From positions 1 to 31,660 of the IMG/VR virus record IMGVR_UViG_3300037286_000238: a DNA stretch of 31,660 nucleotides; one strand, written 5' to 3'. The notes under the pieces are model-generated. The model worked only from the letters and a program-made list of their open reading frames with translations, did no database searches and was not told the origin of the DNA. A program made the position numbers and the translations under genes. Source of the stretch: a virus. Taxonomy: Duplodnaviria; Caudoviricetes. Positions 26,829 to 31,660 of this stretch are shown here, one piece after another (the first letter of the stretch is position 1; every line of letters starts with the position of its first letter).

Positions 26829-27392
26829 ATGAAAAAAAAAGAAGATAACAATAGTGCTAAAAGCGATAACGAAGAATTTGAATTATTCAAGTTTGATTTT
26901 GAAAAAATAAAAAAGCATAGCGAAAGACTTGAGACTAATAATGAAAAACTTTTATACTTAGAATATGTGAAGAAAGAAAAACTTAATAGGGAGGATGTTT
27001 TAGATGTTGAATTATTTTTCAATGGACCAAAGTTTACAGACAAAATAGAAAACGAAATAAAATTTATTAGATCCAAGATGGAATTAGATAAAACACAAAA
27101 GAATGAAAACAAAAAAGGTGAGGGTGCTGCTGAATTGATTTGGTGGAAGGGAACAGAGGGTCAACTTATATACTTATACGAAGAATTAGTTAAGGAAAAT
27201 TTAATTGACGGCTCGCAAGATGACCGAAAGTATGTTTTGCTTTCAAAACATTTTAAGAATAAAAAAGGGGAGCAATTCACAAATAAACAAATGAGTCAAG
27301 CCGCACAAAATTTGGTCGCAAACAAAACTCGTAAACCAAAAGATGCTGATATAATAGATAACATTACAGATCAAACTTCAAAGCAAGAATAA
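26829..27392 (+). CDS. Hypothetical protein with an RteC-like C-terminal segment (possible element regulator)
   Basis: LIWWKGTEGQLIYLYEEL...F resembles the RteC W.G....L.EL motif; heads the replication-side operon. Confidence 0.5.
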   Translation: MKKKEDNNSAKSDNEEFELFKFDFEKIKKHSERLETNNEKLLYLEYVKKEKLNREDVLDVELFFNGPKFTDKIENEIKFIRSKMELDKTQKNENKKGEGAAELIWWKGTEGQLIYLYEELVKENLIDGSQDDRKYVLLSKHFKNKKGEQFTNKQMSQAAQNLVANKTRKPKDADIIDNITDQTSKQE

Positions 27393-27462
27393 TCCATTCC
27401 TTGTGAATCCTTGGTATCAAGGACTACCAATATTTGCCCACATACCATATCAATAACTTACA

Positions 27463-27567
27463 TTGTAAGGCTTGAGGTTTTTTAACCCAAAATTGATAAA
27501 CTATTAAAGTCGTGTTGACGCCTCAAGTCTTACAAACAAAGGCAAGTTCAACACGACTTTTTTTATT
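27463..27567 (+). ncRNA. Attenuator/antisense-type leader with interleaved stems A-B-A'-B' and a U tract
   Basis: A 27463-77 pairs with A' 27521-35 (15 bp, one G:U). B 27506-18 pairs with B' 27548-60 (13 bp perfect), followed by a T run. Confidence 0.65.
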
Positions 27568-27579
27568 AATGGTGATGAA

Positions 27580-27753
27580 ATGAAAAATAATATCTTAGTA
27601 ATTACTTACAATCTAAACTTCATTATTAGAAGGTTGGAGCAATTGATTTATGAAGCCGAGGATTATGAAGTGGAACGGAAAATTAAACAGTTGAATGAAA
27701 AAATTTATGAGTTATCGGATAAACTGGAAACTATTGAGGTGCTGCTTGAGTGA
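27580..27753 (+). CDS. 57-aa acidic coiled-coil protein (absent from the ORF track)
   Basis: Translated by hand: MKNNILVITYNLNFIIRRLEQLIYEAEDYEVERKIKQLNEKIYELSDKLETIEVLLE; GGTGA upstream. Confidence 0.6.
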   Translation: MKNNILVITYNLNFIIRRLEQLIYEAEDYEVERKIKQLNEKIYELSDKLETIEVLLE

Positions 27754-27838
27754 GAGGTAAGAGACGAGACGTGAGACGAAAAACGAAAAAAGTAGGCAGT
27801 AGACAATAGGCAAAAAGAAAATTAGAAAAATTAAAATT

Positions 27839-28786
27839 ATGGATTTAGAAGCATATAAAAATATAGATAGTGATAGCTTTCAAAAAGCATTGCAGATCGC
27901 GGCCATCCTGGAGGGTGGCCAGATCGCTAATCAAAGACAGGTTGTATTGAAAGAGAGTATTGATGAGTATGAAAGTTATGCTCAGATTAATTTGTCTCTA
28001 AAATCAGTACAGAGTATTAAAACTGCTAATAAACCATTGCTGAAATTCTTTTCACCAATACGCCCACTGCATACAATAACACAGCATGATATAGAAAAAT
28101 TTATTACCCAACTAAAGAAAAATGCACCTAAAGGATATAAGGTTTATGTGCGAACATTGAGAGCGATGTTTAATAAGTTCAAAGAATGGAACTACATAAC
28201 AAACAATCCCCTGACAAAAGTAAAATTTGCCAAAACGCAATCAGTTGCACCCAAGTATCTAACAAACGATGAGTTTGAAAAAATTATGCAAGCGATTGAA
28301 AATAAGTTAATAGAAGACTTTTGCAGAGTAGCATTTGATACCGGAATGCGTTTGAGTGAAATCGTTTATCTGAGGTGGTTAAATGTTGATCTTAAAAAAC
28401 GACTAATTGTTGTTGGTGATGAATTATTTATGACAAAAACCAGAAAGCAGCGAACTGTACCAATGAGCGAAATGGTTTTTAAGGTTTTAGAGCGTAGAGA
28501 TAAGGAAAAAAGGAGAAATGAATATGTGTTTGGAAAAAGTGTAACCAAACCATATACCGGAGATTATTTTTCCAAGAAGTTCAAAGAAGCTTGCCGCGCT
28601 GCGGATGTAGATGCGGGTATTCATATGCACTCGCTTAGGCATTCAGCCGCAACAAGGATGGCACAAAGCGGAGCACCGATAATTGCAGTAAAAGAAATAC
28701 TTGGGCACAGCAGCATTAACACAACAATGATCTATGCACACACTGATCTTGAAGCAATGCGAGCAGCGGTGAACCTGCTTAAGTAA
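27839..28786 (+). CDS. Tyrosine recombinase/integrase (short, Xer-like size)
   Basis: Full R-K-H-R-H-Y set: TGMRLSE, KTRK, HSLRH, LGHSS and TMIYAH; SAM-like N-terminal domain. Confidence 0.95.
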   Translation: MDLEAYKNIDSDSFQKALQIAAILEGGQIANQRQVVLKESIDEYESYAQINLSLKSVQSIKTANKPLLKFFSPIRPLHTITQHDIEKFITQLKKNAPKGYKVYVRTLRAMFNKFKEWNYITNNPLTKVKFAKTQSVAPKYLTNDEFEKIMQAIENKLIEDFCRVAFDTGMRLSEIVYLRWLNVDLKKRLIVVGDELFMTKTRKQRTVPMSEMVFKVLERRDKEKRRNEYVFGKSVTKPYTGDYFSKKFKEACRAADVDAGIHMHSLRHSAATRMAQSGAPIIAVKEILGHSSINTTMIYAHTDLEAMRAAVNLLK

Positions 28787-28860
28787 TGTTCAATGTTAAA
28801 TGTTCAATGAAATACAATTAATTATTAAGAATTAAGATAAAAGAATAGGAGATAGTACAA

Positions 28861-31170
28861 ATGGGTAGCTTGAATAAAACATATGCAAAAGCATATAATG
28901 AAAAATTTGGTTTTAATGTTTTACCAGTAAAAGATAAAAGACCAATGATTGCCTGGGTTGACTTACAATCAAAAATACAAACTAGAGAAGATCTTGAGAA
29001 AATGGATTTTGAAAGCTCAACCGGAATCGGGGTCGTGATGGGAATAAATAACATAAGGTGTTTTGATATTGATGCAATTGAGAATACTGACTTGATAAAT
29101 GAATTACTTGTTGACCTAGGATTGCCTGAAAAGTATAACTGGGTAATTCAGAGCGGAAGCGGGCAAGGTTATCATATTTATTTTAAAAGTGTAATTGATG
29201 ACACATCCTCTGATTTCTTAAATGAAATAGGAGGTGACAAAGCAGTTTATAAGATGAATATGAAAACAGAAGGTATCTGTCATCATCTGGAATTCCGTGC
29301 TAAAGATTGTCAGACATTATTACCACCTTCACAACACTCAAGTGGTGGTATTTACAATTTTGTGAATCCTGATCCGACCGAACCACCAGTAATTGTTGAA
29401 CTGGAAAAAATTATTAGATGTTTACAAAAGCATTGTATAACAGAAAAAAGATCATCGAAAGAAGAAAGTTGTGAAAAACCCGCAACTGTTTTTAAGGAAA
29501 AAAGGTATTTTGATGAAGATACACTACTAAGTGCAGTTACACATATTGGTGAGAAATTGCCAAAAGGTTCTTATGATGAGTGGGTTAAGTGCGGTTTTGC
29601 GTGTGCATCCCTTGGAGAAATTGGTTATGCATACTTTGAGATGATGAGTTCAGCTAATCCGAACTATACCGATACTGATGTTGAGATTAGAAATAAATTT
29701 GATGAGTTACTAAAGGATTATGACGGCAGGATTACGTTGGGCACACTTTACAGAATAGCTGAGATATATGGCTGGCGTAAACCTTTTTTGAAGTTCTGGG
29801 AACTGGATGAGAAGGGAAGGGTCAGAATTGTTCGAACGAAGTTCAAGAAATTTCTTGAACGTGAAGGTTTCTTTAAAATCAAAAAAGATAAACAATACCT
29901 GTTTGTTAGAAGCGAGCAAAATATTGTAGAAGAATTTGATCCAATATTTGTAAAAGATTATGTTTTGAATCATCTTCATAACATTGCAATCGAAGAATTT
30001 GAGGGTACCAATAGAGCTGAAGTAATTGACGCGCTTATTAAAGGTGCAGGGCAATATTTTGTGACTACATTCTTTGAATTTTTAATTACAAAGGAAATTG
30101 AATTTCAGAGAGACAGCAAAGAGATTGCATTTCTCTTTTTCAAAAATGGTTTTGTTAGAGTGACCAAAGATGAGGCGATTATTTATGAATATCGCCAATT
30201 AGATAAATATATCTGGAAGCGACAAATAATAGATGGAGAATTTAATCCCAGCACTGCCCATACAGATTTTGAAGACTTCCAATTTAATATTTGCAGCAAG
30301 GACCCAGAAAGATTTAGAGCATTAAAGACGGCTATGGGTTATCTGGCACACAATTATAAAGACCCAAATCAAGCTAAAGCAATTATATTTATTGACGAAA
30401 AGCTAAGTGAGGGTGCTTTTGGTAGAAGCGGAAAAGGATTGGTGATTAAAGGGATCGGTAAAATACGCTCGATTGTTACGGAAGATGGAAGAAATTTTGA
30501 TGTTGGAAAAAATTTTGCTTTTCAAAGAGTAAGTGCTGATACAAATATTATCTCTATTGAAGATATGAAGGAAAGATTTCCATTTGATAAATTGTTTTCC
30601 ATCCTGACTGAGGGAATTACGATTGAGAAAAAAAATAAGGATGAAATGTATATACCATTCGCTGAATCACCTAAAGTTGTAATATCGACTAACTATTCAA
30701 TTAAGGGAGTTGATGATTCAACAGTTGACAGACAATTTTTAATTGAATTTTCAGATCATTACAATAAGCAAAATAGACCGATTGATGAGTTTGGAAAACT
30801 GTTTTTTGAGGGTTGGACTAAAGAAGAATGGAATGCTTTTTATAATTATATGATTAAGTGTTTGCAATTGTACCTTGCTAATGGATTAATGGCTTACAAG
30901 TATGCAAATCTTGAGCGAAAAAGATTGATTGATGAAACCTGCAATGAATTTGCAGAATTTAGCGAAACATTGGTCTTTAATTTTCCTTACAACAAAAAAG
31001 ATTTGTTTGAGCAATTTATTGCTGAATATCCAGAGCTTGAAAAACTTAATCAGGCTAAATTTACACGTTGGCTGAAAATATTTGCACGCATTAAAGCTGT
31101 GGAAGTTGTTGAAAGTAAGTCGGGTGCAACCAGAATGATTGAATTGAAGGGGCTTAAAGAGGCGGCTTAA
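28861..31170 (+). CDS. Primase-helicase: bifunctional Prim-Pol, PriCT-2 and SF3-type P-loop helicase
   Basis: VLPV..KRP, CFDID, SGSGQGYHIYF; YDEWVKCG...ITLGTLY.IA..GW; Walker A GRSGKG, ISIED and VISTN. Confidence 0.88.
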   Translation: MGSLNKTYAKAYNEKFGFNVLPVKDKRPMIAWVDLQSKIQTREDLEKMDFESSTGIGVVMGINNIRCFDIDAIENTDLINELLVDLGLPEKYNWVIQSGSGQGYHIYFKSVIDDTSSDFLNEIGGDKAVYKMNMKTEGICHHLEFRAKDCQTLLPPSQHSSGGIYNFVNPDPTEPPVIVELEKIIRCLQKHCITEKRSSKEESCEKPATVFKEKRYFDEDTLLSAVTHIGEKLPKGSYDEWVKCGFACASLGEIGYAYFEMMSSANPNYTDTDVEIRNKFDELLKDYDGRITLGTLYRIAEIYGWRKPFLKFWELDEKGRVRIVRTKFKKFLEREGFFKIKKDKQYLFVRSEQNIVEEFDPIFVKDYVLNHLHNIAIEEFEGTNRAEVIDALIKGAGQYFVTTFFEFLITKEIEFQRDSKEIAFLFFKNGFVRVTKDEAIIYEYRQLDKYIWKRQIIDGEFNPSTAHTDFEDFQFNICSKDPERFRALKTAMGYLAHNYKDPNQAKAIIFIDEKLSEGAFGRSGKGLVIKGIGKIRSIVTEDGRNFDVGKNFAFQRVSADTNIISIEDMKERFPFDKLFSILTEGITIEKKNKDEMYIPFAESPKVVISTNYSIKGVDDSTVDRQFLIEFSDHYNKQNRPIDEFGKLFFEGWTKEEWNAFYNYMIKCLQLYLANGLMAYKYANLERKRLIDETCNEFAEFSETLVFNFPYNKKDLFEQFIAEYPELEKLNQAKFTRWLKIFARIKAVEVVESKSGATRMIELKGLKEAA

Positions 31171-31174
31171 GGAA

Positions 31175-31213
31175 CCCTCACCTTTGTCCTCTCCCTTTTG
31201 CTAAGGGAGAGGA
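31175..31213. repeat. CCCTCACC...CCTCTCCC-N-GGGAGAGG palindromic repeat, copy 2
   Basis: Hairpin TCCTCTCCCTT/AAGGGAGAGGA; same family as 4901-4935. Confidence 0.75.
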
Positions 31214-31220
31214 AATTATC

Positions 31221-31295
31221 TTGGACGCGTGGACGTAAAAAATGCAAAAAATAAATAGTAATTTAATTGTGTTCAAAATGTGTCCTTGCGTCCAA
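31221..31295. other. Candidate replication origin: inverted GGAC iterons around an AT-rich spacer
   Basis: TTGGACGCGTGGAC (31221-34) and GTCCTTGCGTCCAA (31282-95) form a 12/14 inverted repeat around a 47-bp AT-rich spacer, just after the primase gene. Confidence 0.45.
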
Positions 31296-31312
31296 TTATT
31301 TTAGGAATATCG

Positions 31313-31660
31313 ATGATAGAAGTTAAATCAAAAGACGATGAGATCGCTTTACTTTCATATAGTGAAGCTGCAAAGAGAATGAGGATTGGAAGAAATACCC
31401 TAAGAGCATTTATTGATAATGGACACTTAGGCATAATAAGAGTTGGGAATAGGTTTAAAATTCCTGTTCGCGAGATTTTAAAATTTATTGATGAGAATAC
31501 AGTAAGAATAGAACAGCCAACATTACCTATTCAAAATCCAAACACTTACAGCACTATAAAATCAACTGACGAAATATTTTATGATGTATTTGAAGAGGTT
31601 ATAGGGAAAGTGCATCCGGGGAGATTGAGGCAACGGAGGAAGGCTGAGGAGGAGAATTGA
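31313..31660 (+). CDS. Excisionase-type helix-turn-helix protein (HTH_17)
   Basis: LLSYSEAAKRMRIGRNTL...G.L....VG.RFKIP motif. The ATG at 31313 has an AGGA RBS and is preferred over the GTG at 31280. Confidence 0.85.
   Translation: MIEVKSKDDEIALLSYSEAAKRMRIGRNTLRAFIDNGHLGIIRVGNRFKIPVREILKFIDENTVRIEQPTLPIQNPNTYSTIKSTDEIFYDVFEEVIGKVHPGRLRQRRKAEEEN

Larger units (their letters stand above)
2535..31660. mobile_element. Integrated phage-satellite-like element or defective prophage: head/packaging module, defence cargo and recombinase/primase/excisionase module; boundaries not seen
   Basis: Terminase, portal, protease and capsid genes co-occur with a tyrosine recombinase, primase-helicase and HTH excisionase. 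No housekeeping genes, att sites or tail genes were recognised in the window. Confidence 0.7.

Noticed and set aside
3491-30054. Short ORFs nested in or antisense to long genes (3491, 5265, 5711, 7324, 7928, 16537, 16703, 17287, 18113, 20030, 21437, 23697, 25828, 26352, 26801, 28366, 28818, 29710)
   Set aside because: Shadow frames of well-supported genes.
1-31660. tRNA/rRNA genes and attL/attR direct repeats
   Set aside because: None recognised by eye; the element ends probably lie outside the window.

Overview
Very AT-rich bacterial window, probably FCB group/Ignavibacteria-like (inferred from repeat families and AGGA-type RBSs; not verifiable here). It looks like most of one integrated phage-satellite-like element with three parts. 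(1) Left, 2.5-10 kb: a head-only module split around a divergent promoter. terS-terL-DUF935 portal are on the + strand. A Mu I-like protease/scaffold, major capsid protein, small protein and DUF2190 cement are on the - strand, followed by two signal-peptide proteins instead of neck or tail genes. (2) Centre, 12.4-26.7 kb: a defence island, almost all on the - strand. It holds a PLD-SNF2 helicase, Fic, N6-adenine MTase, a Ser1 Ntn-hydrolase, a PD-(D/E)xK nuclease, an HKD-less PLD-fold protein, and an ABC-three-component/Lamassu-type triad whose LmuA-like subunit has no effector domain. (3) Right, 26.8-31.7 kb: a PICI/P4-like module with an RteC-like protein, attenuator-like RNA, tyrosine recombinase, Prim-Pol/PriCT-2/SF3 primase-helicase, candidate ori and excisionase-type HTH. 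The intergenic DNA carries three candidate regulatory RNAs, three large foldable elements and several heptamer and palindromic repeats, some in-frame inside genes. All family calls are from motif recognition by eye. The element boundaries are not visible, so tail genes could lie outside the window.
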